A DNA stretch of 64,000 nt from an uncultured delta proteobacterium (GCA_963696385.1 CAVOKF010000003.1:640001-704000), one strand, 5' to 3'. Shown: positions 50,871 through 61,564, counted from the stretch's first letter. Program-made: numbers and translations. Notes: a model not told the origin generated them from the sequence alone.

Positions 50871-50891
50871 CGGCTCGCACGCGGGAGATGC

Positions 50892-51638
50892 ATGTTTCGA
50901 CTCGATGGCCGAATCGCCCTTGTCACCGGGGGCTCACGCGGAATTGGACGCGCATGCTGCGAGGCGCTCGCAGAAGCCGGTGCGACGGTCGTCGTCAACT
51001 ACCTCAAAGGCGAGGCAGCGGCGCGCGAAGTCGCCGACGTCATTGTCGCGAAGGGTGGAAAAGCCGACGTGGTCGGTTTCGACGTCGCCGACACGAAGGC
51101 CGTCGATGCCGCGGTCGAGGACATCATCAAACGGCATGGCAAAATCGACATCCTGATCGCCAACGCTGGGATCTCAATCGACGGCCTGCTCGTGCGACTC
51201 AAGGACGCGGATCTCGAGAAGCTTTGGGCGACCAATGTCCGCGGCGCGATCGCCTCGGCGCGCGCGGCGAGCAGGAGCATGATGCGAGGACGCTGGGGCC
51301 GCATCATCTTCGTGTCCAGCGTCATCGGCGAAATGGGCAACCCCGGCCAGACCGCTTACGCAGCGACCAAGGCAGCGGTGATCGGCGCGGCGAAGTCGAT
51401 CGCGCGCGAGTACGCTTCGCGCCATGTGACCACGAATGTCGTCGCACCGGGCTACATCGATACGGATATGACAGCCACGATGAGCCCCGACCACAAGGAG
51501 CAGCTGATGAAGACGATCCCCCTCGGTAGAGCGGGAAGCGCGCGCGAAGTTGCTGCAGCGTGCGTGTACCTCGCAAGCGACGAAGCGGGATACCTAACCG
51601 GCCAAGTGTTGCGGGTGAACGGCGGGCTGTACCTCTGA
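50892..51638 (+). CDS. fabG: 3-oxoacyl-ACP reductase
   Basis: [29 protein letters not shown]. Confidence 0.95.
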   Translation: MFRLDGRIALVTGGSRGIGRACCEALAEAGATVVVNYLKGEAAAREVADVIVAKGGKADVVGFDVADTKAVDAAVEDIIKRHGKIDILIANAGISIDGLLVRLKDADLEKLWATNVRGAIASARAASRSMMRGRWGRIIFVSSVIGEMGNPGQTAYAATKAAVIGAAKSIAREYASRHVTTNVVAPGYIDTDMTATMSPDHKEQLMKTIPLGRAGSAREVAAACVYLASDEAGYLTGQVLRVNGGLYL

Positions 51639-51717
51639 CTTTCGACGGCGCGCAGCGGTTCCCGCGCCTCTGCCGCTCGACTCTCAATCGTTTTTCCTAT
51701 ACGAGGCGAACACACCC

Positions 51718-51960
51718 ATGGCTACTGACATTCCCAGCGAGGTCAAGCGCATCATCAAAGAGCAGCTCGATGTCGACGAGAAGGACATCAAGCTCGAGTC
51801 GAGCTTCATCGACGACCTGGGCGCTGACTCGCTCGGCCTCGTCGAACTCGTGCTCGCGTTCGAGGAGGCCTTCGAAATCGACATTCCCGACGAGGACACC
51901 GAGAAGATTCGGACCGTGCAGGATGCGATCGACTACATCGAGAAGCACGCTAAAAAGTAA
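51718..51960 (+). CDS. acpP: Acyl carrier protein
   Basis: [19 protein letters not shown]. Confidence 0.97.
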   Translation: MATDIPSEVKRIIKEQLDVDEKDIKLESSFIDDLGADSLGLVELVLAFEEAFEIDIPDEDTEKIRTVQDAIDYIEKHAKK

Positions 51961-52008
51961 CGAGAAGGTATCGGCCCGGGGACAACTCGGGCCGACTGAG
52001 CTCTCGCC

Positions 52009-53253
52009 ATGGAACGCGTCGTCATCACCGGCATCGGCCTCGTTACCCCTCTCGGAATCGGAACGAGAGAGAGCTGGAGGGCCCTGCTTGCGGGTGAGAG
52101 CGGCGTCAGCGCGATCACTCTCTTCGACTGTTCGAAATTTCGGGTTCGGATCGCTGGAGAGGTGAAGGGCTGGGAACCCACGCGCTGGATCGAGCGGAAG
52201 AAGCTGAAGGAGATGGATCGCTTCATGGAATTCGCGCTCGGCGCCGCCTCCTTGGCGATTCTCGACGCCAAGCTCGAGCTTTCCGATTCAGCGCGCGAGC
52301 GCGCCGGATGCTTCATTGGCAACGGGGTGGGGGGCCGATTTTCGCTGGAAAAGACGAAGGAAACGCTGTTGACGAAGGGACCTACGCGGGTCAGCCCTTA
52401 CGCGATCCCCACGATCATCGGCAACCTTGCCGCTGGACAAGTCTCGATCGCGCACGGTTTGAAAGGGCCGAGTTACTGCACCACCAGCGCGTGCTCGAGC
52501 GGCGCGCACGCTATCGGTGAAGCGGGCGAGTGGATCCGTCGGGGCAAAGTGGACGTCATGATCGCCGGTGGCACCGAAGCGACGATTTCGCCCGTAGGCA
52601 TCGCCGGCTTCGAAGCGATGCTCGCGCTCAGCAAGCGCAATGACGATCCGGCGCGGGCGAGCCGCCCGTTCGATCGCGGGCGCGACGGGTTCGTCTGCGG
52701 CGAAGGGGCAGGAGTCATGGTCCTCGAGTCGCTATCGCACGCGAGAGCGCGCGGCGCTCGCGTATACGCCGAGGTCGCGGGCTACGGCGCGTCCAGCGAC
52801 GCCCACCATCTGACTCAGCCGGCGCCGATGCATGAAGGGGCTCAAAGAGCGATGCGCATGGCACTCGAGGACGCGCGCATTTCGCCGGATGCCATGGACT
52901 ACGTGAATGCGCACGGCACGTCGACGCAGATCGGAGACCTCGAAGAGTCACGCGCGATCGCCAAGGTTTTTGGCGCCAGTGCGATCGACAAGAAGTTGTG
53001 GGTCAGCTCGACGAAGTCGATGATGGGTCATTTGCTCGGAGCAGCGGGTGCCGTCGAGACCGCGATCTGTGCCCTGGCTGTGGCCGAGGGGTTGGTCCCT
53101 CCGACCATCAACCTCACCGATCCCGACCCCGAGTGCACTCTCGACTACGTGGCCAATACGGCGCGCGAACGACGGGTACGACACGCCATGAACAATTCGT
53201 TCGGCTTTGGCGGTACGAACTGCGCACTGGTGCTGTCGCGTGTTGACGCATGA
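52009..53253 (+). CDS. fabF: 3-oxoacyl-ACP synthase II
   Basis: [34 protein letters not shown]. Confidence 0.96.
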   Translation: MERVVITGIGLVTPLGIGTRESWRALLAGESGVSAITLFDCSKFRVRIAGEVKGWEPTRWIERKKLKEMDRFMEFALGAASLAILDAKLELSDSARERAGCFIGNGVGGRFSLEKTKETLLTKGPTRVSPYAIPTIIGNLAAGQVSIAHGLKGPSYCTTSACSSGAHAIGEAGEWIRRGKVDVMIAGGTEATISPVGIAGFEAMLALSKRNDDPARASRPFDRGRDGFVCGEGAGVMVLESLSHARARGARVYAEVAGYGASSDAHHLTQPAPMHEGAQRAMRMALEDARISPDAMDYVNAHGTSTQIGDLEESRAIAKVFGASAIDKKLWVSSTKSMMGHLLGAAGAVETAICALAVAEGLVPPTINLTDPDPECTLDYVANTARERRVRHAMNNSFGFGGTNCALVLSRVDA

Positions 53254-53309
53254 CCGCGACAACCCCGGCTCGATGACGGGCTCAAATCACCCGTGCTAAG
53301 GCCAGGCCC

Positions 53310-53810
53310 GTGAAATGCCCGTTTTGTTCGCAGCTCGACAGCAAGGTGACCGACTCTCGAACCTCTGCGACGGGTGACGTCATACGGCGTCGCCGCGAAT
53401 GCGAAGGGTGTGGACGCCGCTTCACGAGCCGAGAGCGCGTGGAGGACGTGCTCCCGGTCGTCGTCAAAAAGGACGGTGTTCGCGAGCCGTTCGATCGAGA
53501 AAAAGTGCTTCGGGGTGTGCGCCTCGCGTGCAACAAGCGCGCGGTGGCGATGAATCGCATCGAGCAGTTCATCGACGAGCTCGAGCGCCAATTGATCGAG
53601 AGCGAGGCCAAGGAGGTCGACAGCAAACAGATTGGTGAACGCGTGATGAAGCTCTTACGCGAGGTCGATGAAGTCGCCTATGTTCGCTTCGCAAGCGTGT
53701 ATCGAAGCTTCCGTGATATCGAGGAATTCCGATCCGAGCTCGACAAGATGGCTCGGGCGAGGCGATCCGAAACGGCCGTCGAAGGCCCCCCCGGAGAAGC
53801 GCAACGATGA
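53310..53810 (+). CDS. nrdR: Transcriptional repressor NrdR
   Basis: MKCPFC...RRRREC..C, ATP cone, VAYVRFASVY. Confidence 0.97.
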   Translation: MKCPFCSQLDSKVTDSRTSATGDVIRRRRECEGCGRRFTSRERVEDVLPVVVKKDGVREPFDREKVLRGVRLACNKRAVAMNRIEQFIDELERQLIESEAKEVDSKQIGERVMKLLREVDEVAYVRFASVYRSFRDIEEFRSELDKMARARRSETAVEGPPGEAQR

Positions 53811-54940
53811 CGGAGGTTGACCCGTCTGACGTCGTCTTCTCGGAGGAAGACGAACGCTTCATGGCCCTGGCATTGGAAGACGGCGCGCGTGGCAATCCCT
53901 CTCCCAATCCGCACGTCGGCGCTATCCTCGTCAAAGACGGACAGGTCGTCGGCAGAGGCCATCACGAGCGCGCGGGTGAGCACCACGCCGAAATCGTCGC
54001 GCTGCGTCAGTCCGGGAAGCGCGCAGCCGGCGCAACTTTGTACGTCACCCTCGAGCCCTGCAATCACGTGGGTCGGACGCCGCCGTGCACGGACGCGCTC
54101 GTCGCAGCCAACGTTGCGCGTGTGGTCGTAGGATGCTTCGATCCAAACCCGCACGTGACCGGTGGAGGAGTGGCCCGGCTACGCAGCGCCGGCGTACGCG
54201 TCGACGTCGGCTGCCGGGAAGCCGAGGCTCGGCGGATGATTGCTCCATGGGCGAAATTCGTGACGACCGGAATTCCTTACGTGGCGCTCAAGCTCGCGCT
54301 GTCGCTCGACGGGCGAATCGCGTCACGCACAGGAGCTTCCAAATGGGTCACCGGACCCGAGGCCCGCGCTCGCGTTCACTCGTTGCGCGCGCAGCAAGAC
54401 GCCGTCATCGTCGGCATCGGCACGGTGCTGGCGGACGACCCTCGCCTCACGGTCCGCGACGCACCCGGCCACAGTCCGCTTCGCGTCGTGTTCGACACGC
54501 GCCTGCGCGTGCCGCTCGCGTCGCGCCTGGTGCAGACGGCGCGCGAGGTGCCCACGTGGGTTCTCTGCACGACGGATGCGCCATCCTCCAACGAGGACCA
54601 GTTGGTCGAGCGCGGGGTCGAGGTGCTCCGAGCGCCCCCTTCGGCGGAAGGTCGCATCGAACCGACCGCGGGGCTGCGCCTGCTCGGATCCCGGGGCATC
54701 GTGAGCGCCATGATCGAGGGCGGAGCGGAGCTGGCCGGAAGTCTCCTGGCAGGAGGAGTCATCGATGAGCTGCATGCGTTTATCGCTCCGATCCTGCTCG
54801 GACCCCGCGGACGACCTGGAGCGGTCGATTGGGCCGGGCCCGCCACGCCCGCCGAAGCACCATGTATCGCCGACCCCCAGTGGGAAGTGTGCGGAGTCGA
54901 CGCGCACGTTTGGGGAGCCGTTCGGCATCCACCGCGATGA
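53807..54940 (+). CDS. ribD: Riboflavin biosynthesis deaminase/reductase
   Basis: PNPHVG, HAE, TLEPC.H.GRTPPC, SLDGRIA, IEGG. Confidence 0.96.
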   Translation: MTEVDPSDVVFSEEDERFMALALEDGARGNPSPNPHVGAILVKDGQVVGRGHHERAGEHHAEIVALRQSGKRAAGATLYVTLEPCNHVGRTPPCTDALVAANVARVVVGCFDPNPHVTGGGVARLRSAGVRVDVGCREAEARRMIAPWAKFVTTGIPYVALKLALSLDGRIASRTGASKWVTGPEARARVHSLRAQQDAVIVGIGTVLADDPRLTVRDAPGHSPLRVVFDTRLRVPLASRLVQTAREVPTWVLCTTDAPSSNEDQLVERGVEVLRAPPSAEGRIEPTAGLRLLGSRGIVSAMIEGGAELAGSLLAGGVIDELHAFIAPILLGPRGRPGAVDWAGPATPAEAPCIADPQWEVCGVDAHVWGAVRHPPR

Positions 54941-54979
54941 TCTCGCCAGCGGCTTGGAGGCGCATTAGATTACAAGAAG

Positions 54980-55501
54980 ATGGCCGTCCGCACGATCCTG
55001 CACTATCCCGATGCCCGACTTCGTGTCGCCGGGCGCAAAGTCGAGGCGCTTACGGAAGAGCTTAGGGGTTTGATAGACGACATGGCAGAGACGATGTATG
55101 CGGCGCCTGGCGTCGGTTTGGCAGCCACCCAAGTCGGCGAGCTCTGGCAAATCTTCGTCGTCGACTGCGCGTCCGAGGGGGACGCCAGCGATTTTCGTGT
55201 GTTTGTCAACCCCGAGATCATCACGAGCGAAGGGAAAATGGCCTCGGAAGAGGGCTGCTTGAGTTTTCCGGGCGCACGCGAAGACATCGAGCGCGCCGAA
55301 AAAGTGCGCGTCCGAGCCCGAGACGGCCACGGGCGGCCCTTCGAGCTGGAGGCCCAAGGCCTTCTCGCCATTGCAATTCAGCATGAATACGACCATTTAC
55401 AGGGGGTGCTCATGATCGATCGCCTAGGCCCGCTCAAAAAGCGTCTGCTTCACCGAAAAATGCTCAAGCGCGGGGAGAGTGCGACTGCCGCATCAGGCTG
55501 A
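54980..55501 (+). CDS. def: Peptide deformylase
   Basis: GVGLAATQ, EGCLS, QHEYDHL. Confidence 0.97.
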   Translation: MAVRTILHYPDARLRVAGRKVEALTEELRGLIDDMAETMYAAPGVGLAATQVGELWQIFVVDCASEGDASDFRVFVNPEIITSEGKMASEEGCLSFPGAREDIERAEKVRVRARDGHGRPFELEAQGLLAIAIQHEYDHLQGVLMIDRLGPLKKRLLHRKMLKRGESATAASG

Positions 55502-55642
55502 ATCCTACGCATCAACGAAACACTGTCGGCTGAGGTCGCCACTGCCCACGGCCCGTGGAAACATTCGAAGCGAACGACGCGTTTCGGAGCCGGACCCCAT
55601 CGATCCGTTCCATTGCCCCGTACCATTTCCCCCACAGCGCTA

Positions 55643-56896
55643 GTGACCACTTCCATCCCCCTCCAATCCATCCGCCAAGACGCGCCGTCCGACGCGGTCA
55701 CCACTTATTTCGAGCAGCTCGCCCGGGTGCCGCTCCTCACTCGGGAGGGCGAGGTCGACCTCGCCAAACGCATCGAGGACGGCGAGAGGCAGGCCCTAAG
55801 TGCCATCGCCGGCTCCACCGTTGGCGCGCGCGAGCTCGGAGCGTTGGGCCGCGCGCTGCGCGATCGGAAGCTTCGACTGCGTGACATCACCCGCGCCACG
55901 GTCGATGACGACGGGGGCGATGATGAAGACGGGACTGTCCGCGCCATCGGGGAGGCGCTCGAACGCGCAGGGGCGATAGCGCGATCTCGCCGGGTCGGGG
56001 CGGGTGCCCGCGGCGAGTTGGTCGAAGCCCTCCTGGAGGTGCGTCTTACTCGTCGTGCCTTTGACCGGATCGTAGCCAAGCTGCGAAGCACGCGCGAGGA
56101 TGCGCCCGTCACGCGGCGACGCGCATTGGACGCAACGCTCGGTGCCATTCGCTCCGGGGAAGCCAAGTCCGAACGGGCAAAGGCCGCCCTGATCGCGGCA
56201 AACCTCAGATTGGTCGTATCGATTGCCAAACGCTACCGCAACCGCGGTCTGCACCTGCTCGATTTGATTCAAGAGGGCAATTTGGGCCTCATGCGGGCCG
56301 TCGACAAGTTCGAGTACAAGCGCGGGTACAAGTTCAGCACATACGCTAGCTGGTGGATTCGGCAGAGCGTAAGCCGCGCCATCAGCGACCAGGCGCGCAC
56401 CATTCGCATCCCGGTGCACATGGTCGAGACGCACAATAAGCTCTCGAAGACGTTGCGCGACATGGTCCAGGAAGGGGGCGAGGAGCCCACCCCGGAACAA
56501 ATAGCCGCCCGGATGAACGTACCGGTCGAGAAGATTCGAATGCTTCTGGAAGCAACGCGCGATCCGGTCAGCCTTGACTCGCCGGTTGGCGAAGACGGCG
56601 GCGCAACGATTGGCGACTTTGTCGAGGATCTTTCGTTCCGTGCTCCCGACGACGCGGTCGGCGACAAGGAGCTTTCACACGAAACGCGCGAGCTTCTCAA
56701 GCTTCTCACCCCACGCGAGGAGCAAGTGCTGCGAATGCGGTTTGGAATCGACTCGCCTGGCGATCAAACGCTCGAGGATGTCGGCAAGAACTTCGAGCTG
56801 ACGCGAGAGAGGATCCGTCAGATCGAGACGAAGGCTCTTCGGAAGCTGCGCCTGCCTTCATTCCACAGAAAATTGAAGGTTCACATCGAGAGATGA
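55643..56896 (+). CDS. RpoD-like (primary-type/group 2) sigma-70 factor lacking region 1.1
   Basis: Region 1.2 [57 protein letters not shown]. Start uncertain (TTG 55613 or GTG 55643). Confidence 0.9.
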   Translation: MTTSIPLQSIRQDAPSDAVTTYFEQLARVPLLTREGEVDLAKRIEDGERQALSAIAGSTVGARELGALGRALRDRKLRLRDITRATVDDDGGDDEDGTVRAIGEALERAGAIARSRRVGAGARGELVEALLEVRLTRRAFDRIVAKLRSTREDAPVTRRRALDATLGAIRSGEAKSERAKAALIAANLRLVVSIAKRYRNRGLHLLDLIQEGNLGLMRAVDKFEYKRGYKFSTYASWWIRQSVSRAISDQARTIRIPVHMVETHNKLSKTLRDMVQEGGEEPTPEQIAARMNVPVEKIRMLLEATRDPVSLDSPVGEDGGATIGDFVEDLSFRAPDDAVGDKELSHETRELLKLLTPREEQVLRMRFGIDSPGDQTLEDVGKNFELTRERIRQIETKALRKLRLPSFHRKLKVHIER

Positions 56897-56902
56897 AGCG
56901 TG

Positions 56903-58846
56903 TTACCGCGCCCGTTTGAAGAGGGCCGCCTCGAGCGTCACGCCGCGTGCCGCGAAATCACCCGTGAATCTTGGGATGTTTCCTGTCACCACGAAAGTCG
57001 GCTCGCCGACCGCTTCCGCATTCGAGATGAAGAGGTCGGCCACGCTGACCCCCTTCGCATCGGACCCGATGAGTTCAGAGATTCGCAGAACCCGAAGGCG
57101 CTGGTCGGTCGGCGAACGTCCCATCTCGACGGCCACGTCGAAGGACTCGCCGACCGCCTCGCGTGCAACCTCGATCGAGGTGCCAGGACGCGCCAGGGCT
57201 ATCTGAGCGGCCAGCCGGGCGAGCCCCTGCCGCATGGACGGCGCCCCGACGCCTCCGAAGACGCCCTCGAAGCCCTCGGCAATGGCGTCGATGGCAGCCG
57301 CCGCCAGCTCGCCACGGAGCGATCCGAGCGAAACGTGGCCGGCTCCGAGTCGCGTGGCGGCCAGCAGCGTCCGCACCGCATCGGGTCCCTCTCTGGGCCG
57401 AAGTCCAATTGCCTGAGCCTGGGGGCCCACGGCAACGTCTTCCTCGTCCTGGAACATAGCCACTCGTTCACCGACAGGCGTGGCCGCTACGAGCGCACCG
57501 AGCATCGGTGCGATGAGCGTGGGCCCCGAGCCAATGACCAGAACGTTGGCGCGCGCAGCCGCGCAGGCCTCGAGAAATACCGCCATGGGACGCGACAGGG
57601 CACCGGTGCGCACGAGTTCGTCGAACGTCACGTCGAAGCGTCGCGGTTTACGAATGGCGAGCACCCAAGATTGCGCAACCGGAGGCCCAACCGCGACCAG
57701 GCGGGCGCCCCGGGGCAATCTTCGGTCGACGATGGGCTCGCCGGCCCGAAGGGGCTCGCTCGTACGTCCGGCCAGCCGGGCGATGGCGCGACGGACGACA
57801 GGCTCGCTCGTGAAGCCTGGCTCCGCCAGAAACGACTGCCCGTTCCTGGTGGCGAGCACGTAGTCTGGCCGCCAAACGTGAATCTGAGTCACGGAATCAT
57901 CGTCGAGGAGCGGGCCCAACGGCCCGACGTCGACGAGCTCGCGAATCGCGTCGCGCGAGAGGGTCTCGAGATCCACCCCTTCGGGTGCTTCCCCTTCGAC
58001 CCGCATGGCCTTCGCTTGGTCGCGAACGGCCCGCTCAATCTGTTCTAACTGCGCATCGGAAACTTCGAATGCCTGATCCATCGAAGCCAGATCGATCGCG
58101 TCGGCCACCCGATCGACCAGGGTAATCAGCGCCAGGCGTCGTGCCGCCTGCTGAGGTCCCTCCCGCGGCGGCGATCGGCCGGGCACTGGAGCCGTCGGTC
58201 GCGCCGCGAGTGTCGATGCTGGAAGCGACTGACGCTGCGGCGCCCCCGATCGTTCAGGAGCCACCGTCACGGACCGCGGACGCGGCTCCAGACGCTGCGG
58301 AAGGCGAGGAGGCGCGGGCAACATGGGCATGGACATCCCGCGCAGCTCGGGCGCGCTTTCGCTGTCTGGATCGCGCTCGAGCGGGAAATGGCTCACGTTC
58401 TGCAGTTCTGGCGGTGGCGCCGCGGCGGACCGGGCGACGAGTCCGGCAGGCGCTGCCGACGTCAGGGGGGTCGACGGGCCCACCGCGGGCGAGGAGCCTG
58501 GATCGAGTGCTGATGTTCGCGCGACGGGTGCTTCGGCCGGTCGACCGGATTCTTTCCCGGTCGCCTCCAAACGGAGAACGAAGTCACCGATGTAGATTTT
58601 GTCGCCCTCGCGAACGAGCGTCGCTTGCGAAATTTTTCGACCGTTTACGTACGTCCCGTTCGTGCTCCTCAAGTCGGTAACGATGAAGCGTGCGTCGCGA
58701 AGAAGCAGACGGGCGTGATGCTTCGAAACATTGCCCTTTGGCAGCATCAGGTCATTGCCCTGCACTCGCCCCACGCTGATTTCACCCCCTTCGAAAGCTT
58801 CCCGTCGCTCGGTCCCTCCTTTTTCGTTGATGACGATCGTGAACAT
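56903..58846 (-). CDS. FHA domain fused to CpaF/TadA-like ATPase domain with degenerate catalytic motifs
   Basis: FHA (GR...VSKHH...STNGTYVNG); CpaF-like GPLGPLLDDDSV, VDRRLPRGAR, IRK; Walker A/B not intact. Confidence 0.85.
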   Translation of the reverse strand: MFTIVINEKGGTERREAFEGGEISVGRVQGNDLMLPKGNVSKHHARLLLRDARFIVTDLRSTNGTYVNGRKISQATLVREGDKIYIGDFVLRLEATGKESGRPAEAPVARTSALDPGSSPAVGPSTPLTSAAPAGLVARSAAAPPPELQNVSHFPLERDPDSESAPELRGMSMPMLPAPPRLPQRLEPRPRSVTVAPERSGAPQRQSLPASTLAARPTAPVPGRSPPREGPQQAARRLALITLVDRVADAIDLASMDQAFEVSDAQLEQIERAVRDQAKAMRVEGEAPEGVDLETLSRDAIRELVDVGPLGPLLDDDSVTQIHVWRPDYVLATRNGQSFLAEPGFTSEPVVRRAIARLAGRTSEPLRAGEPIVDRRLPRGARLVAVGPPVAQSWVLAIRKPRRFDVTFDELVRTGALSRPMAVFLEACAAARANVLVIGSGPTLIAPMLGALVAATPVGERVAMFQDEEDVAVGPQAQAIGLRPREGPDAVRTLLAATRLGAGHVSLGSLRGELAAAAIDAIAEGFEGVFGGVGAPSMRQGLARLAAQIALARPGTSIEVAREAVGESFDVAVEMGRSPTDQRLRVLRISELIGSDAKGVSVADLFISNAEAVGEPTFVVTGNIPRFTGDFAARGVTLEAALFKRAR

Positions 58847-58911
58847 TCAGCTCCCTCGGAACGCTGCGGCCGTTCGCGCCCGTCCCATCGCGCGCCAGCA
58901 CGTCCCCGAGG

Positions 58912-58940
58912 ATTGTCGAAGCAGCCCGGCAAGCAGTCAA
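58912..58940 (-). promoter_or_regulatory. Putative sigma70 promoter for the FHA-CpaF gene
   Basis: Minus strand TTGACT-17 nt-GACAAT; GAGGGAG Shine-Dalgarno before ATG 58846. Confidence 0.55.
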
Positions 58941-58992
58941 CTTGGGCGGCGTTTTTGCCGAACGGTGGTTGCCGGCCCGCTCGTCCCCCCAG

Positions 58993-59193
58993 TCAGGTTC
59001 GACCGCGCTGGCCCCTGGGAGCGGCTTCCGCGCGGACCTCGCTGGCCACTTCTCCGAGGAGCTCACCGGCAAGGGCCATGACATGGCGCACTTCATAGCC
59101 GCTGCTCCGGAGCTCTCGGTAAATGGTCTTCGCCAGAATAGAGAGCGCGCGGGAATCGCGGGCGCCCGGTGTCTCGCCGAACGGTAGGGCCAT
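58993..59193 (-). CDS. Small helical hypothetical protein, 66 aa
   Basis: ILAKTIYRELRSSGY...VMALAGELLGEV amphipathic helices; sigma54-like promoter upstream. Confidence 0.7.
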   Translation of the reverse strand: MALPFGETPGARDSRALSILAKTIYRELRSSGYEVRHVMALAGELLGEVASEVRAEAAPRGQRGRT

Positions 59194-59252
59194 GGGTTGT
59201 CGGATTCAGGTCGCTCCACATCGGGCGACCACGTTGCTCCGCGGCGGACGAA

Positions 59253-59269
59253 AGCAAGACGCGCGCCAA
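59253..59269 (-). promoter_or_regulatory. Sigma54 (-24/-12) promoter
   Basis: Minus strand TTGGCGCG-CGTC-TTGCT matches YTGGCACG-N4-TTGCW with one mismatch and exact spacing. Confidence 0.7.
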
Positions 59270-59418
59270 ACATCGATTGGCACAAACCATCGAGGCTTTC
59301 ATGGTCTTGGGGGGACCCGATGCGTGGTCGAATGCGCAGGCAGCGAAACACGCTTCGCGCTGGGCCTCGGCACCCGGCGACTGCCGGGCTGGCGCGGCGG
59401 ATGATAGCTTTGCGCAAC

Positions 59419-60873
59419 ATGGCGATGCCCCATCCTCGCAGCGATGGGCGCGCTGCCGCCCCCTCAAGCAAACTTCCGGCGCGCACGGGACGGCTCGCCA
59501 CCCTGGTCCAGCCCGAATCGCGCCCTCGTCGTCTTCTCCTCGCACTGTTCGTGTATCTCGTGACCACGGCGATCTTCGCTGCGTTCGCGGGAGCACAACG
59601 GCTCACGGTCCATACCCCTTTCAATCACTTTGCTCTCCTGGCAGACGCCTGGTTGCACGGGCGCCAAGACCTTGCGGGTGGCCCGCCGGCCTACGCCATG
59701 AACAACGACTTCGCCGAGTTTCACGGCAAGACGTACATCAGTTTTCCTCCACTGCCGGCGCTCTTGATGCTGCCGTTCGTGAAGCTCGCGGGTTCCGCGG
59801 AGAATTTCCGCGACGGCCAATTTGCGGTGGAGCTGGCGGGCCTTGCGCCTGCCGCGTTGTTGCTGGTGCTCGAAAAGCTTCGCCGAACGGGCCGGTCATG
59901 GCGAACGGAACGTCAGAACGTCGCGTTAGCGCTGCTTTATGCCTTCGGAACGGTCTACTTTTTCTCGGCGGTCGAGGGAACCGTGTGGTTCGTCGCCATG
60001 GTCGTGGGCGCGGCCGAGGGCGCGCTCTACGCGCTCTGGGCGCTCGACGCCGAGCGACCCGCTTTGGCGGGCACGATGCTGGCCTGCGCTTGGCTGACTC
60101 GGACCCCCGTGTTTCTGACCATCCCGCTCTTTGCGTTGGAGGCGTTGAGGGTCTCGGTCAAAGGCGAGCTTGCCATGTCCGGGAGCCTCGTCGATCGAAT
60201 TCGCGCGCTCCCATCTGGCGTCGACTTCCGTGCACTCGCACGCCGGTACGCTCTGTTTTCGGGGCCGATCGTGGTTGGTTTCGGAATCGCCGCCTGGTTG
60301 AATTGGACCCGCTACGGCCGCGCGACTCCTATTTGGTTCGATCACGAGTTCCTGACGGTCGGATGGCACACGCGGATCATGAAGTGGGGCCTCTTCAGCT
60401 ATCACTACCTCGCAAAGAACCTGGGGATCATGCTTTCGAGTTTGCCGTGGCTGCCGCCGCGCATCCTTGCAACGGCCGCAGCCCCCTTTCAGATCAACGA
60501 ACACGGTCTGGCGATCTGGTTCACGACCCCCCTCTACTTCTGGGTGCTCTGGCCCAAAGGTCTCGAAGGCGACCGGCCGAGAAAGTGGCTTTACGCCATC
60601 GTGGTCTTGTCTGCCGCGATTCCTGCAGTCGGCGATCTCATTTATCAGAACTCCGGATGGCGAACTTTTGGGTATCGTTTTTCCAATGACTACTCCGCTC
60701 TTCTCTTCGTCCTCATCGCCATCGGATCTCGCCCGATGCGCCATCTCTTCACGGCGGCGGCGATCTGGAGCGTGGCCTGGAATGCCTTTGGCGCCGCCAC
60801 GTTCGACAAGGCGTCGATGGATCGATTCTATTTCCGCGATGGCTCTCAGACGATCGTTTACCAACCAGACTGA
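59419..60873 (+). CDS. Polytopic membrane protein, possibly GT-C glycosyltransferase-like
   Basis: Many TM helices, YISFPPLPALLM, GWRTFGYRF. Start uncertain (59401, 59419 or 59425). Confidence 0.7.
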   Translation: MAMPHPRSDGRAAAPSSKLPARTGRLATLVQPESRPRRLLLALFVYLVTTAIFAAFAGAQRLTVHTPFNHFALLADAWLHGRQDLAGGPPAYAMNNDFAEFHGKTYISFPPLPALLMLPFVKLAGSAENFRDGQFAVELAGLAPAALLLVLEKLRRTGRSWRTERQNVALALLYAFGTVYFFSAVEGTVWFVAMVVGAAEGALYALWALDAERPALAGTMLACAWLTRTPVFLTIPLFALEALRVSVKGELAMSGSLVDRIRALPSGVDFRALARRYALFSGPIVVGFGIAAWLNWTRYGRATPIWFDHEFLTVGWHTRIMKWGLFSYHYLAKNLGIMLSSLPWLPPRILATAAAPFQINEHGLAIWFTTPLYFWVLWPKGLEGDRPRKWLYAIVVLSAAIPAVGDLIYQNSGWRTFGYRFSNDYSALLFVLIAIGSRPMRHLFTAAAIWSVAWNAFGAATFDKASMDRFYFRDGSQTIVYQPD

Positions 60874-60913
60874 GCGAGGTCGACGCTCGGTCGAGCGAAT
60901 CGCCCCAGCCCGG

Positions 60914-61564
60914 CTACCGAGGCCGTTCGATCCGCTGGCCCGATTTGACTCCGTGCCGCCGCGCCCACCCGGCGTTCACCTCGAGCACCCAGCGCGATGG
61001 GCAACCGACTCCGCGCGCCTCGTCGTTGAGGGTCGGCGCATTCTCGACGATGCCCACCACCAAGCCGTCGAAATCGACGAAAATCAGGTCGAGTGGGATG
61101 CACGTGTTGTGCATCCAGAACCGGTGGTCTTCGCGAACGCCCAAGTCGAAGAGCATCCCCTGGTCTTCGCCCAACGATTTCCGGTACATTAACCCGCGCA
61201 TCGTGTCGTGCGGCGAGCGCACGACCTCCGCATTCACGGAGACGCCGCTCACGTCTTCGAAGATGACGCGGACCGTAGGAAGTCTGGCAGGCGAGCCGGA
61301 GGCCTCGGGATCCGCTGGACAGTCTGCGACTGGCCCCGGTGGCAAGGCGGCCGGCGGCCCCTCCGCCGTCGCACGAACGCAACGGTCGCCGGAAAGCCGC
61401 TCCGACGTGCCGGTCGCGACCGGGCCGTCGCTCGGCGGCGGCGCATGCGCGGGCTTCACCGGTTCGCCCGTGGCGGCAACCGCGTGCGCGAAATCCTCTT
61501 GCGCCGGCCGTTGGCAGCATGCCGCCCCCAGGGTCATTACGAGAGCCATCGAGACGGAACGCAT
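60914..61564 (-). CDS. DUF192 family lipoprotein
   Basis: Lipobox-like GAAC; RGLMYRKSL...GMLF, FWMHNT.IPLDLIF, VLEVNAG. Confidence 0.88.
   Translation of the reverse strand: MRSVSMALVMTLGAACCQRPAQEDFAHAVAATGEPVKPAHAPPPSDGPVATGTSERLSGDRCVRATAEGPPAALPPGPVADCPADPEASGSPARLPTVRVIFEDVSGVSVNAEVVRSPHDTMRGLMYRKSLGEDQGMLFDLGVREDHRFWMHNTCIPLDLIFVDFDGLVVGIVENAPTLNDEARGVGCPSRWVLEVNAGWARRHGVKSGQRIERPR

Noticed and set aside
59277..59293. Plus-strand TTGGCACA as a second sigma54 promoter
   Set aside because: No GC at the -12 position.
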